Source: a virus (taxonomy: Duplodnaviria > Caudoviricetes). Taken from it: a stretch of 64,000 nt of DNA. The stretch lies in IMG/VR virus record IMGVR_UViG_3300014204_000139, positions 31,655 to 95,654 of that record. One strand, 5' to 3'. The notes beneath the pieces were generated by a model. That model ran no database searches and was not told the DNA's origin. It worked only from the letters and a program-made list of their open reading frames with translations. Shown piece by piece: positions 44,438 through 54,357 of this stretch (positions are counted from its first letter, which is position 1; the number at the start of each line of letters is the position of its first letter). Made by a program: the position numbers and the translations under genes.

Positions 44438-46084
44438 TTATCCTCTATTATAAAATAAATCTAGTGTATTAACTAATGCATCTTCTGGTTTAAATATATT
44501 TTCTTTTACATGTTTCATAATACTTGAATCATCTGAAAATTTTGTTTCTAAATTTGAATTCATTTCTAATATTTCCATGAATGCATTTTGAGCTGTTTTA
44601 TTTACATCTAGGAAAAGTGGGGGATCATATTTCCGCACATACATACAGAATGACAATGTTAAAGCTAAGTCGTCATGACATCCCGAGTCTGCTTCTACCC
44701 TTCCCTTTTTATCTACTAATCCAATTAATTCTAAAGCTAGTCTTTTAGACTTAACCATTTTTGGAAATTGAGTTACATATGAATATAAAGCGTCAATCAT
44801 TAATGGTCTTGTTTTTGCATTATTGGATAATCCTGCAGCTATTTTATTTTCTCCTCGTCTCTCTTTATAAACCATTCCAACAAATTCACTAGCACTCATT
44901 TCTTCCATAACTTGGTTTCCATATGAATTATTTTCAATCACAAGTGTACCAGGATATTGAGAAGCAACATATTTTACAACTTTGATAAAATCCATTACTT
45001 TACATTTAGTTTGATATTCCCAAACTTGATCTAATGTTTCATAATTCCAAACAGTAATAGCAGATTTATCTTCTCCAAACTCTGGTGCAGTATCAACTCC
45101 TATAATATAATGTTTTCCTGGAACAGGACCTTCATATTTCCAAATTTCTCCATCAAATAATTTAAATGTTTCAATTGGATTAATTTTCTTTGTATTTTCT
45201 TGTAAAATTAAACAGGTTTGTTCATCAAAGAATGATCCACTACTAGGTAAGAATTTTAACTCCAATTCCTGTTCAATTTTTCTACTATCATTATCAAACA
45301 TTTCACACTGAATTTTAAACCATGATGGATCATTTACTAATTCTGGAATATCTCTCCAATAAACAATACAAGGTTTGAATATTCCTTCTTTAGATATAGC
45401 TCTTGTATATCTAGTAAAATACCATTCACCCATACCAGTTGTTTTGTTAGGTGTAGAGATTATTAATGTTCCATAAGGCGTTCCAGTTTCTCTAGCCTGT
45501 TTCTGAGCAGTAGAAAGTGCCGGAACTAATGAAGTCCATGCAGTATCTAGCTTACCGATGAATGCTGCTTCGTCTATAACTAAAAATGTAACAGGTTTTC
45601 CTCTAAGAGTTTTTTCTGGAGCAATAGGGTTAACTGTTGCAACGAATAGTTTTGCGCCATTTGATAAAATAAAACTCTGTTCTGATTTTTTATCAAAACA
45701 TCCTCCTTCTCTTCCCTTCTTCGGGGTTAACCATCCGGGAAGTTTTTCAATCATATTTCTAATTGATCTTGAAAAGTCTGTTGCTTCTTTTCCATCTTTT
45801 GAAATTACTCCAATTACAACGTTATCATAAAAATTTAATAACCATGCGCAATAAGCTTGAGTAGTAGTACTGATTCCGGTCTGTCTGGTTTTTAAACATA
45901 TTACATTATGTTCAACATGTACCAAATTTATAAATTCTAACTGTTTTTTATATGGAGCATATAGCTTATCTCCGCCTGCTAATTCAAGATAGATATATCT
46001 AGTTGCAAAATATTCAAAATCATTTTTACATTTTAAATATTCCTCAACAAACCATTCTACCTTTTCTTTAGTTTCCTGCTTCAT
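44438..46084 (-). CDS. terL: terminase large subunit (T4 gp17-like)
   Basis: Walker A KTRQTGIST, Walker B FLVIDEAAF, ISTPN, RNase H-like GVDTA..D, IENN, HDD. Confidence 0.95.
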   Translation of the reverse strand: MKQETKEKVEWFVEEYLKCKNDFEYFATRYIYLELAGGDKLYAPYKKQLEFINLVHVEHNVICLKTRQTGISTTTQAYCAWLLNFYDNVVIGVISKDGKEATDFSRSIRNMIEKLPGWLTPKKGREGGCFDKKSEQSFILSNGAKLFVATVNPIAPEKTLRGKPVTFLVIDEAAFIGKLDTAWTSLVPALSTAQKQARETGTPYGTLIISTPNKTTGMGEWYFTRYTRAISKEGIFKPCIVYWRDIPELVNDPSWFKIQCEMFDNDSRKIEQELELKFLPSSGSFFDEQTCLILQENTKKINPIETFKLFDGEIWKYEGPVPGKHYIIGVDTAPEFGEDKSAITVWNYETLDQVWEYQTKCKVMDFIKVVKYVASQYPGTLVIENNSYGNQVMEEMSASEFVGMVYKERRGENKIAAGLSNNAKTRPLMIDALYSYVTQFPKMVKSKRLALELIGLVDKKGRVEADSGCHDDLALTLSFCMYVRKYDPPLFLDVNKTAQNAFMEILEMNSNLETKFSDDSSIMKHVKENIFKPEDALVNTLDLFYNRG

Positions 46085-46096
46085 TTTTATTTTTCC

Positions 46097-47335
46097 TTAA
46101 ATGTATTGATTCGTGCGACATAGAGTTACTACACACGAACTAACCCAATCAGCTGTTTCTCTAGTAAAATTAATATCACTAGATTTTAGAATATATTTTC
46201 CGCTTAATGGAATATATTCTAGTGTTCCACATCTTAATTTAACTGGTTCTCCAACTTTAAGTAAATTTATTAATGGCAGACTTTTTTCTAACCCTATTTG
46301 AACAGTTGATAGATCAATAATTTGTCTCGCCATTATAGAATTTGCAAATTTATTTGATGAATCATTTCCACTATGAAATATATTATAAACTTCTCTAGTA
46401 TCTAAATTTGAATCCATTTTAATTTCTGGATCTTTTGCAATAGCTCCAAATTTCAAACACACCTCATCTAATTTTTGTTCAAAAATTCTAAACAATTCGT
46501 CTTTTGGTTTAATCATATGATAAATATTTTTTGCTTCTACAGCAAATTTAGCATTTCCTGAATATTGATTTATTAATGAACCATATGAATAAAATCTTTT
46601 TCCATCTCCACATTTTGCAATAACTTCATCATTTTTTCTACTATCAGTTGCTAATTGGTAAATTGTAAATTCTTGATTTTTATTCATTCTTGTAGTTAAA
46701 TTTTGAATATGTACTTTACCATCATATTGACAAAATCCTAAATTTGAACCTCCCTCAAATAATCCAAAATTATCATCTAAATATCTTATAGTATTATATA
46801 ATGTAGTTGGAGGTAAAACTACTTGATCTATTACTTCAGAATTTTCTTTGTCTGTATCATAAATTAATTCACCACCAGCTTTAGATACTAATTCTTCAAT
46901 TATTTGTTTTGGTGTTTTTTCTAAAAATACATCATTAACTAATGTTGACATTATTTTAAATGGTTTTCTACATACGGTTATTATATTAACTAAAGTTCTA
47001 TCTTTCATAATACCTTCTGAAACTTTAGGTCTTATTTGAGCTTTTGAATCATGTTTTACATATTGTAATTCCATTTCTATATTTTCAAGAGGAATTTTTG
47101 AAGATTGTCTTCCTAATAATTTAATAGATAATTTTAATGGTTCTTTTCCCATAACATCTTCAAGAATTAAATCATTTGGATCTAAGGATATTGATATTCT
47201 TGCTATTTGATAAGCTGCATTAATAGTAGATACAAGTCTAATAGATCTTAAATCATTAGTATAATCCAAGTCTTTAATTTTTAATTGTATATCATACCCA
47301 CTAGTAGGGGTTAAACTTCTTTTTTTCTCGGGCAT
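46097..47335 (-). CDS. probable baseplate hub protein (gp27-like)
   Basis: 412 aa; C-terminal VGEPV...LSGKYILKS pattern; structural operon. Confidence 0.55.
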   Translation of the reverse strand: MPEKKRSLTPTSGYDIQLKIKDLDYTNDLRSIRLVSTINAAYQIARISISLDPNDLILEDVMGKEPLKLSIKLLGRQSSKIPLENIEMELQYVKHDSKAQIRPKVSEGIMKDRTLVNIITVCRKPFKIMSTLVNDVFLEKTPKQIIEELVSKAGGELIYDTDKENSEVIDQVVLPPTTLYNTIRYLDDNFGLFEGGSNLGFCQYDGKVHIQNLTTRMNKNQEFTIYQLATDSRKNDEVIAKCGDGKRFYSYGSLINQYSGNAKFAVEAKNIYHMIKPKDELFRIFEQKLDEVCLKFGAIAKDPEIKMDSNLDTREVYNIFHSGNDSSNKFANSIMARQIIDLSTVQIGLEKSLPLINLLKVGEPVKLRCGTLEYIPLSGKYILKSSDINFTRETADWVSSCVVTLCRTNQYI

Positions 47336-47599
47336 TTATTCTTTCCTTTTACATTGTTTTTCCATTTTTTCTAAAAGAGTATAATATATTTTACATTCAG
47401 ATAAGTGATCACGAGCAATTGCTTTAGCTATTTCCGGATCATCAGTATGTTCTTTTTCAATTTCAATTCCTTTTTTTAATTCATCTTGAGGAAAATGACT
47501 ATCTGGAATATTGTTATGTTTTCCAATTTTTATACTATCATTAAGTTCCTCTTTTAATAGATTTAAATATTTATCAATAATTGTTTCATATTTTTCCAT
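47336..47599 (-). CDS. DUF5661-like protein
   Basis: ELKKGIEIEKEHTDDPEIAKAIARDHLSE...YYT.L. Confidence 0.75.
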   Translation of the reverse strand: MEKYETIIDKYLNLLKEELNDSIKIGKHNNIPDSHFPQDELKKGIEIEKEHTDDPEIAKAIARDHLSECKIYYTLLEKMEKQCKRKE

Positions 47600-47626
47600 T
47601 TCAATATCTCCTCAAAGGTATTTATA

Positions 47627-47636
47627 ATTTGTTCTA
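47627..47636 (-). promoter_or_regulatory. putative late-class promoter TAGAACAAAT
   Basis: Heads the minus-strand terminase/tape-measure operon. Confidence 0.65.
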
Positions 47637-47670
47637 ACAAAAAAATAAACAAAAAAAATTCTACGGAAAA

Positions 47671-47712
47671 ATAGAGGTTAGAGAAAAATAATATCAAATC
47701 TCTAACCTCTAT
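47671..47712 (-). terminator. intrinsic terminator
   Basis: 14-bp stem followed by T-rich tract on the minus strand. Confidence 0.75.
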
Positions 47713-47720
47713 CTTGATCT

Positions 47721-48608
47721 TTAACCATTTAACTCTTTAAGAACTGATTGAATTTCAATAGGGATAACTAATACTTTTTCAGCTATATCATCTAACAATG
47801 ATTTAATATTAACATTTTTTTCAATTGTGGAAAAGAATGATATAGCTAAAAACAGATTCCATGCATTTGTTGTTCCACCAGTTTCTTTCGCCATATCTGC
47901 AAGATAACCAGAAACTTCAATTTTTCTTCTCTTTCCAATTGTTTCTAACATATCAAAAACTGTGGTTAAGTGCTCTTCTGTAACAGGTGTATTAAAGTTA
48001 TGATCAATAATTGCAAGAATATTTTCACTAAACAATTCAACATATTTTGAAATTGGACTTGAGAAAGAAGTTCTTGAATGTATATTATGAACCTGCCTTA
48101 CTTTCGCAATTTTATTTTTAAAACCAAAACCAAAAAGTCTTGTATTTTCTTCTAATACACTAAATCCAAATAAAAATTCTCTAGCACCACTTCCGTCATA
48201 TGTATTTTTAACAACAATTTGAGGATATACATCACCAACTCTTGGAATATTTGAACTATGTTGAATTAAAATTTCATTAGACATTCTTGTTCTTATTGGA
48301 TTTAAATGAATATATTCTCTAAAAATTGGAGTTCCAACTTCAAGAATAGATTGTCTAATTTTATTATTCATTACTTCATTACCTTCAAATTGATATAATT
48401 CAGAAACATATCCTGAATATTTAAATTCTATATCTTCAACAGGAGGTTTTGTAAAGATTCCATAAATTGGTACATCTACAGAATCTTTACTCTGTAAATG
48501 TTTGTATATTACACTTCCAATAGAATCATCATACCTAAAACATTCATCGCCCAAATGGGTTAATCCCATCGCTTCCGCTCTGAGGGGAAAACTCAATGTA
48601 TTTGACAT
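47721..48608 (-). CDS. DUF932-like protein
   Basis: VKNTYDGS, RQVH, NAWNLF pattern. Confidence 0.5.
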   Translation of the reverse strand: MSNTLSFPLRAEAMGLTHLGDECFRYDDSIGSVIYKHLQSKDSVDVPIYGIFTKPPVEDIEFKYSGYVSELYQFEGNEVMNNKIRQSILEVGTPIFREYIHLNPIRTRMSNEILIQHSSNIPRVGDVYPQIVVKNTYDGSGAREFLFGFSVLEENTRLFGFGFKNKIAKVRQVHNIHSRTSFSSPISKYVELFSENILAIIDHNFNTPVTEEHLTTVFDMLETIGKRRKIEVSGYLADMAKETGGTTNAWNLFLAISFFSTIEKNVNIKSLLDDIAEKVLVIPIEIQSVLKELNG

Positions 48609-48822
48609 CGTTATTATCTATTTCTCCTTCTTCAACAATTTTTAATTCAATGTCTGATCCTAATTTTTTAAGTTCTTTTTTAACTTTTTCAATTTTTTCA
48701 TTAAAATCAGGTGTTTCTAAATTCATATTTGGAAAACATATGATTTCTATTTTTTGAAGAACTATAATTTTTTCTAAACCTAAAAAATTAACTATTCTAT
48801 CTAAATTTCTTTGATCAATCAT
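48544..48822 (-). CDS. hypothetical protein
   Basis: 92-aa ORF; 3' end overlaps the next gene. Confidence 0.45.
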   Translation of the reverse strand: MIDQRNLDRIVNFLGLEKIIVLQKIEIICFPNMNLETPDFNEKIEKVKKELKKLGSDIELKIVEEGEIDNNDVKYIEFSPQSGSDGINPFGR

Positions 48823-49043
48823 TCTATTTCTTCTATTCTTTTATAAATATAATAGAAACCTCTAATACTATATGTATGGACTCTTTGTCTTAATATATAT
48901 TCTAACCAGATTTTTTTATATCGTTCTATATTTTCCTTTTTTTCTACGCCTATTGTTACTGGATGCCAAGCATACCACTTTTGCCACTCATTGTATAATC
49001 TGTGTTCTTTAGATTGTTGTGTTTCTCCATTTAACCATTCCAT
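48819..49043 (-). CDS. Trp-rich hypothetical protein, paralog of 57642..57887
   Basis: M.W.NG.T...EW..[WY].A..PV..G...WL. Confidence 0.65.
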   Translation of the reverse strand: MEWLNGETQQSKEHRLYNEWQKWYAWHPVTIGVEKKENIERYKKIWLEYILRQRVHTYSIRGFYYIYKRIEEIE

Positions 49044-49667
49044 TTATTTAATCCTTTTAGCCAAAAATCTTAGATATAAATCTCTTCCGTCAAAATTATA
49101 ATCTCTAATATCAATAATTTTAAATCTTTTTTCTAATTCAAAAAAGTGTTTTATTCTTTTTTCAGTCCAAATACTTGCATGTGGACAATATGGTTCATTT
49201 AATAGTTCAAATGTTGTAATAATATCTTCAGCTTCAAAATTTTTAGATTTTACATTTTCTGAAAGAATTCTTTCAGCTAAAATTTCATAGTTAGGAACAA
49301 TTACGTCAACATATCCACCAATTCTTATTGTAGTAGATAAAATATATAAGAAATATAAAATCTTAACTTTTGGAACATGTTCCAAAAATCTATACATCGA
49401 TATCCCATCAAATAGAATATGATATCTTTCTAAAAAATCATAAATATCCCAATTACTATAATATTTAGATTCTGTAAATGTTGAGCATTTTGTTATATTA
49501 AAAAAATTTTTATGAGCTTTAATAACTTCATTTATATGAATTGAATTCAAATACATTTGATCTAAATTTAGTAAAAAATCCATATTTTTATATAAATCAT
49601 AACCCGGATATTCAATTGGTTCAATTTTTCCGCCAGCTATATTTAAAATTGATTGTCCATTACTCAT
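49044..49667 (-). CDS. class I SAM methyltransferase-like protein
   Basis: ILNIAGG, RFLEHV, GGYVDVIVPN. Confidence 0.65.
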   Translation of the reverse strand: MSNGQSILNIAGGKIEPIEYPGYDLYKNMDFLLNLDQMYLNSIHINEVIKAHKNFFNITKCSTFTESKYYSNWDIYDFLERYHILFDGISMYRFLEHVPKVKILYFLYILSTTIRIGGYVDVIVPNYEILAERILSENVKSKNFEAEDIITTFELLNEPYCPHASIWTEKRIKHFFELEKRFKIIDIRDYNFDGRDLYLRFLAKRIK

Positions 49668-49694
49668 TTAATATTTCTCCTTATCTAAATTTTA

Positions 49695-49904
49695 TTAGTT
49701 TACTTTTGATTTACTAATTATTTCTTTAATTTTAGCAACTGCATCTACTACTTTATCTTTATCACTTTTAAGTATTTGATATTGATAAACACCATCTTCA
49801 TTATAATAATTATCTTTAACTCTACAACAACCTAATAAAGTTAAAATAGTACTTTCTACCTCGTGTTTAGTTTCTATAGTTATTTTATTTTCAATAATTA
49901 TCAT
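49695..49904 (-). CDS. hypothetical protein
   Basis: 69-aa ORF with AGGAG RBS. Confidence 0.6.
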   Translation of the reverse strand: MIIIENKITIETKHEVESTILTLLGCCRVKDNYYNEDGVYQYQILKSDKDKVVDAVAKIKEIISKSKVN

Positions 49905-49915
49905 ATTAAATTCTC

Positions 49916-50650
49916 CTATAAAAATTCAATTACAATACTATCAAAGAAATTTTGAAAATAATAATTAAAATATCTTTCTTTATCAATATCATCCGTATCC
50001 ATTACATTTATTAAAGTTTCAGATATTTCAAATTGTCCATATTGTTTTAAGAAAATATTATATTTTTCTTCTCCAGATGGTATACAATATAATTTTGCAT
50101 TATTAGAACTTAAAACTTCATTTTTTATATTTTGTAAACTTACAAATGTTGAGTTTTTATTTGCGTAATTAATAAATAAAATCTTTTTATATATTTCATC
50201 AACTTCTTCGTATCTATGTGAAACACCCTTAATAGATATCTTGCTACCATCTGTTGCAATGAATTTTGTTCTGTCTAAAGAAATTATAAATACTGAGAAA
50301 ATTGATTGTAAATCTATTGGAAGGTATATATCTGTTGTTTGTTTTAATGGTTTTAAAGACATAAAACCATCATATTGTCTTATTAGAATATCATCTTTAA
50401 ATATTTTATTTCTTAAAATATATTCATCAATTAATGCTTCAGTTGTGGATCTTATTGTTGTTGTTAATTTTGGATTATCTCTCATTAATTTTCCAATTTG
50501 AATATTTCTTTTTAATTTATCATCTTTTTCAATATTGGAAATATCAATATTTAGACTTTTTAATATATTATAATGACAAGATGAAATATCATATGAGTAA
50601 ACATTACTTAAAAATAATTTACAATTTTTATTTATATTCATATTTATCAC
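49916..50650 (-). CDS. small family-B DNA polymerase palm-like protein
   Basis: YSYDISSCH (motif A-like), RNIQIG (B-like), RQYDG (C-like), IKG, ID...Y. Confidence 0.6.
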   Translation of the reverse strand: MINMNINKNCKLFLSNVYSYDISSCHYNILKSLNIDISNIEKDDKLKRNIQIGKLMRDNPKLTTTIRSTTEALIDEYILRNKIFKDDILIRQYDGFMSLKPLKQTTDIYLPIDLQSIFSVFIISLDRTKFIATDGSKISIKGVSHRYEEVDEIYKKILFINYANKNSTFVSLQNIKNEVLSSNNAKLYCIPSGEEKYNIFLKQYGQFEISETLINVMDTDDIDKERYFNYYFQNFFDSIVIEFL

Positions 50651-50826
50651 TCATTAAAAATATTTTCTAGCCAAGTTAATTTTCCTCTCCCTCTACATTT
50701 ATCACAGTCAGTCATTAACCTTGCTTCTTTTTTAGTATTACAGTTGAAATATACAAAAATACCTTCCATACATCCTGAACCTTTACATTTATTACATTTT
50801 ATAAAACCATCATTTTCTTTTTTCAT
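50647..50826 (-). CDS. 59-aa DnaJ-type zinc-finger protein
   Basis: Manual translation: CNKCKGSG...CDKCRGRGKLTWLENIF. Confidence 0.65.
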   Translation of the reverse strand: MKKENDGFIKCNKCKGSGCMEGIFVYFNCNTKKEARLMTDCDKCRGRGKLTWLENIFNE

Positions 50827-51590
50827 TGTAGTTTATGAAAATCATAAATTCTTGAATATAAATCTATCCATTCTATGTAAGAAGTTGGATATTCTTTATC
50901 AAATTTATATAATTGTGGACATGCAGAAATACCACCATCTGGAAATACCCATATAGCTTTTAGAGTTATACATCTTTTATTACAAGATTTACAACCAATT
51001 CCTCGATTCTCTTGAACTCCTGTAAATCTAAAATTCAATAATTCAGGACCAAAATAATGATATGATTCCTCCATAAATTTATAGTAATCAGAAAGATCTT
51101 CTTCAAAAAAATCTGAAAATACTTTAACTTTAATTTTTTTACTTAAAAAGTATTTTATAAAATCTGTTGTAACATAAGGATTTCTTTTTGAATATACACA
51201 TTGAACATCACCATTAAATTTTACAGATATATTATTTCTGTCTTCATAAGTTCCAATATGAAGACAATCAATAAATTCTCTCCCTTTAAGATTATATCCA
51301 TTGCTACATAATGTAGTTCTACAATTAAATTTTTTTGATAATTCTAAAATTTTTAAATAATCAGGATGAAGAGTTGGTTCTCCTCCGCTTAAATATACCT
51401 GAAGTGGTACTTTATAATTAAAAAAGTCTGAATAATATACAATTGAATCAAATGCTTTACTATAATCTAAATACTGTATCGGAGATTTTTCTTGAAAATC
51501 ATTTAAGCAAAAATTACAATGTCTATTACATTCATTTGTAAGTAACAAACGAAGTTTTATTTCATGTGAATGAATTTGTTTATTAATCAT
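50823..51590 (-). CDS. radical SAM protein (MoaA/QueE-like)
   Basis: LTNECNRHCNFC, SGGEPTLHP, CSNG, C-terminal CKSC...C...CPQ. Confidence 0.85.
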   Translation of the reverse strand: MINKQIHSHEIKLRLLLTNECNRHCNFCLNDFQEKSPIQYLDYSKAFDSIVYYSDFFNYKVPLQVYLSGGEPTLHPDYLKILELSKKFNCRTTLCSNGYNLKGREFIDCLHIGTYEDRNNISVKFNGDVQCVYSKRNPYVTTDFIKYFLSKKIKVKVFSDFFEEDLSDYYKFMEESYHYFGPELLNFRFTGVQENRGIGCKSCNKRCITLKAIWVFPDGGISACPQLYKFDKEYPTSYIEWIDLYSRIYDFHKLQ

Positions 51591-51602
51591 ATTTACCCTT
51601 TT

Positions 51603-51630
51603 GGGAGGGATATAATAATATATCCCTCCC
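51603..51630. terminator. hairpin/terminator
   Basis: GGGAGGGATATA / TATATCCCTCCC. Confidence 0.65.
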
Positions 51631-51640
51631 TTCTTTAAGA

Positions 51641-52411
51641 TTAAATTACATTAATTAAAACGTTATCAATTTTCAAAAGATGATTAATATCAATAACATC
51701 AACAGACTTCTTTATAAACCAGTCAACTGTACTTTCTTTTGTTGTAAATTGAGAACTGTGTTTAATAGCCTGTTTGTATAGAAGTTGTACTGCTTCTAAA
51801 TCTACATTCTCCTGTAGTTTATTTCTAATTTCATCTACAATACCTTCATGATAAATAACATTAAATGAAGTTGCATCTTTCTTAATTTTAATTTTTTGAT
51901 ACGGAATAACTTTTCCGTCTACATTAGCACATAGAACCAAAATTAAACCAGCTTTTACTCCATAACTCTTAATAAAGATTTCATCGTTATACTGATGAAG
52001 AACTTCAAATGTATCATTTTTAAATACATTCATATAAACAGGAGGAAGATTTACTACAGGTCTTAGTGTTGGATTATAAAAACTTATAAGCTGCATAGCA
52101 GACTCATCTGTAGTACTTCCCTTCTGAATTTTAAAAATAATGCTATCTTTTGAATCAATATTGGAAACCTCAGCTTTAACTCTAGAAACATTATTGATTA
52201 CTCCAGAATTTGATTCAAACCAATCATAAAAATTTGTTAACATAACTTTTGTAGCATCATCTGCTACTACTTCTTCAACTTCTTCTGTTACATTTTCTGA
52301 TTCTGTAGAAGCGTCTTCTGTTGTAGTATTTACTACCTCTTCCATAACTGGAGGTGGTGCTACTGATCCATCATTTAGATTATTAATCATTTCCTGTAGA
52401 TTCTCCTGCAT
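51641..52411 (-). CDS. hypothetical protein with acidic disordered N-terminus
   Basis: 256-aa ORF with AGGAG RBS. Confidence 0.75.
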   Translation of the reverse strand: MQENLQEMINNLNDGSVAPPPVMEEVVNTTTEDASTESENVTEEVEEVVADDATKVMLTNFYDWFESNSGVINNVSRVKAEVSNIDSKDSIIFKIQKGSTTDESAMQLISFYNPTLRPVVNLPPVYMNVFKNDTFEVLHQYNDEIFIKSYGVKAGLILVLCANVDGKVIPYQKIKIKKDATSFNVIYHEGIVDEIRNKLQENVDLEAVQLLYKQAIKHSSQFTTKESTVDWFIKKSVDVIDINHLLKIDNVLINVI

Positions 52412-52436
52412 GGTAAAACTCCTTTTTCTTTTTATA

Positions 52437-52661
52437 CTAAAATACTGGTTCTACTGTTATTCTATTTTTTGATTTATGAACGTATATAATTCTATATCTA
52501 ATATTTTCAATTTCAATTTTATCATTTATTTCACAAAAATTGTAACCTCCTATTAAATCTAAATTTATCCTATCTTTATTTAGATGAGTAATTCTATATT
52601 CAGTTCCCCTATACATAAAAGTTTTTCCAACTTCAATCATGTATAAATCCTTTACAACCAT
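52437..52661 (-). CDS. hypothetical protein
   Basis: 74-aa ORF with internal duplication YRI. Confidence 0.55.
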   Translation of the reverse strand: MVVKDLYMIEVGKTFMYRGTEYRITHLNKDRINLDLIGGYNFCEINDKIEIENIRYRIIYVHKSKNRITVEPVF

Positions 52662-52996
52662 TTATTTTTAATTCCATCTTCTCTCCATTTAGAAACATCA
52701 ATCGCAGCATATGATTCTAATGCTGCTCCTGCTAATACAAAGATTTTTACTAATTCTTCATATGTATCAACAGGAGAAGAACCTTGAATCAATTGTTCTT
52801 TAGATTCTAAAAGCCAAGATGGTGGTTTATCAGTCCATTTAGATACATAATATTTTTTAGCTTTATCTAAATATGAATCTAAAAACAGTAAAAATGATGC
52901 TAAATTAAGAGAGGGATTATTTTTATATTCACCAAAAATACTTTCTTGATAATCCCTCTCTTTTTCATATAACTTAATTACTTCTGATCGTGTCAT
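52652..52996 (-). CDS. MazG-like all-alpha NTP pyrophosphohydrolase-type protein
   Basis: ERDYQE..FG...EELVKIFVLAGAALE. Confidence 0.5.
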   Translation of the reverse strand: MTRSEVIKLYEKERDYQESIFGEYKNNPSLNLASFLLFLDSYLDKAKKYYVSKWTDKPPSWLLESKEQLIQGSSPVDTYEELVKIFVLAGAALESYAAIDVSKWREDGIKNKWL

Positions 52997-53745
52997 TCTT
53001 TTTCAAAATCCTTTTCTAGATCAAGTGGATAAGTTTTAAGTTCTCCAGATTTTATTTTTTCAACTGTTTCTTCTAAATCTTTTGATTTTAAATCTCTCTG
53101 TTCTGGGGTTCCGTAGAATGAAATTTCATAAATAAGTGAAGTTAGAAATTCAAATAATGTATAATTAACATTTAGTTCTTCTGTTATACATTTAAATTCT
53201 GATGTATTATCTTCCTTTTTTATTCTAGTATTTTTTAAATATTCTCCATTTAAAAGTTTAATTGGAATATCTAAATAGTTTTTTAAAGCCCAAAAATCAA
53301 TACCATAAGATTGTTCATCAGATAAACCGTTTATTGATGTAAAAATTTCGCAATTGTAATTCTTATTTTCTTGATCATATTTATCTAATTCTATGTACTT
53401 TTGAAAAGTTATTGTATGTATTTTTTTATCTGGATCAATACAACCTTCTTCTGGACACTTATGAAATTCTATTAGAAATGAATTAATAAATGGATCTAAA
53501 ACTTTATATGATGAATAATTAATAAATAATTTAAAATAATCTCTTACAGTAAATCCTTCTTCAAGTTCTACTGTTTCACAAAGAACATGAAAAAGTTTTT
53601 CTTCTCGAAATCCCTTGTAATTAATTATTTCTGGAGTAATTTGTATAAATTTATATGATCCTTTTTTTAATTTTTTATTATACTTCCATTCTTTTTCTTC
53701 AATAAATCCGCCTTTTTTTAGAAATAGACTCATTTTACTCTCCAC
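52993..53745 (-). CDS. hypothetical protein
   Basis: 250-aa ORF, YEISFYGTPEQRD. Confidence 0.7.
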   Translation of the reverse strand: MESKMSLFLKKGGFIEEKEWKYNKKLKKGSYKFIQITPEIINYKGFREEKLFHVLCETVELEEGFTVRDYFKLFINYSSYKVLDPFINSFLIEFHKCPEEGCIDPDKKIHTITFQKYIELDKYDQENKNYNCEIFTSINGLSDEQSYGIDFWALKNYLDIPIKLLNGEYLKNTRIKKEDNTSEFKCITEELNVNYTLFEFLTSLIYEISFYGTPEQRDLKSKDLEETVEKIKSGELKTYPLDLEKDFEKE

Positions 53746-54083
53746 TCTTTAATAAATTCTCTATCTGAAAATTTATTATTAGTTCTTTGATTAATATAAT
53801 CTTCTAGAATTTTTAAATCTTCAAGAAACAGTGCCCCAATATGCCACATTTCTATACTTTTTGCTGTAACTTTTTTATGTGTATAGTTAGGTCCATCCTT
53901 ATAATTATAAATACATATTGGGGTAAAATTTAATTTAAATGTCCATTCCCAATCAACCTTATCTCCAGGATCATAAATACCATTTGGTCTTCCAAAAATA
54001 GAAACAAGTTCTTTATAAGTTAAACTTATATAACCTTTTAAAGATGTATTAGTTATATCATCACATTTTGTAAATTTAATCAT
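53730..54083 (-). CDS. hypothetical phage protein
   Basis: TSLKG..Y..L...FG.P..DKVDWEW..IYNYK..WHIG. Confidence 0.7.
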   Translation of the reverse strand: MIKFTKCDDITNTSLKGYISLTYKELVSIFGRPNGIYDPGDKVDWEWTFKLNFTPICIYNYKDGPNYTHKKVTAKSIEMWHIGALFLEDLKILEDYINQRTNNKFSDREFIKEWRVK

Positions 54084-54357
54084 TGTGAGATCCTAGGTGT
54101 CTATTAAATATTTCTGTACAACAATTCATAATTTCAACCTCAAAAGGTGCTTTAAATAATTTTAAAGTTTCATTATCTGTATAAACAATATTAGATAATA
54201 TTTTAGATATTAACTTAAAAGCAACAGGATGATTTAATAATTCTAAATCTCCATATCTGCTTTTTAAAATCTTTAAATTATCATCTCTATCTAAACTTAT
54301 ACAGATCATTGCATTTTGAATATTATCTAAAAAACTATCAAAATGTTTCGAACTCAT
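54076..54357 (-). CDS. hypothetical protein
   Basis: 93-aa ORF in operon. Confidence 0.6.
   Translation of the reverse strand: MSSKHFDSFLDNIQNAMICISLDRDDNLKILKSRYGDLELLNHPVAFKLISKILSNIVYTDNETLKLFKAPFEVEIMNCCTEIFNRHLGSHND

Noticed and set aside
33069-46084. Introns or inteins around the homing endonucleases and terminase
   Set aside because: Terminase and gp6-like genes look complete and contiguous; endonuclease ORFs abut neighbours with no room for intron cores; no intein C1/HN motifs seen in terminase or RNAP.
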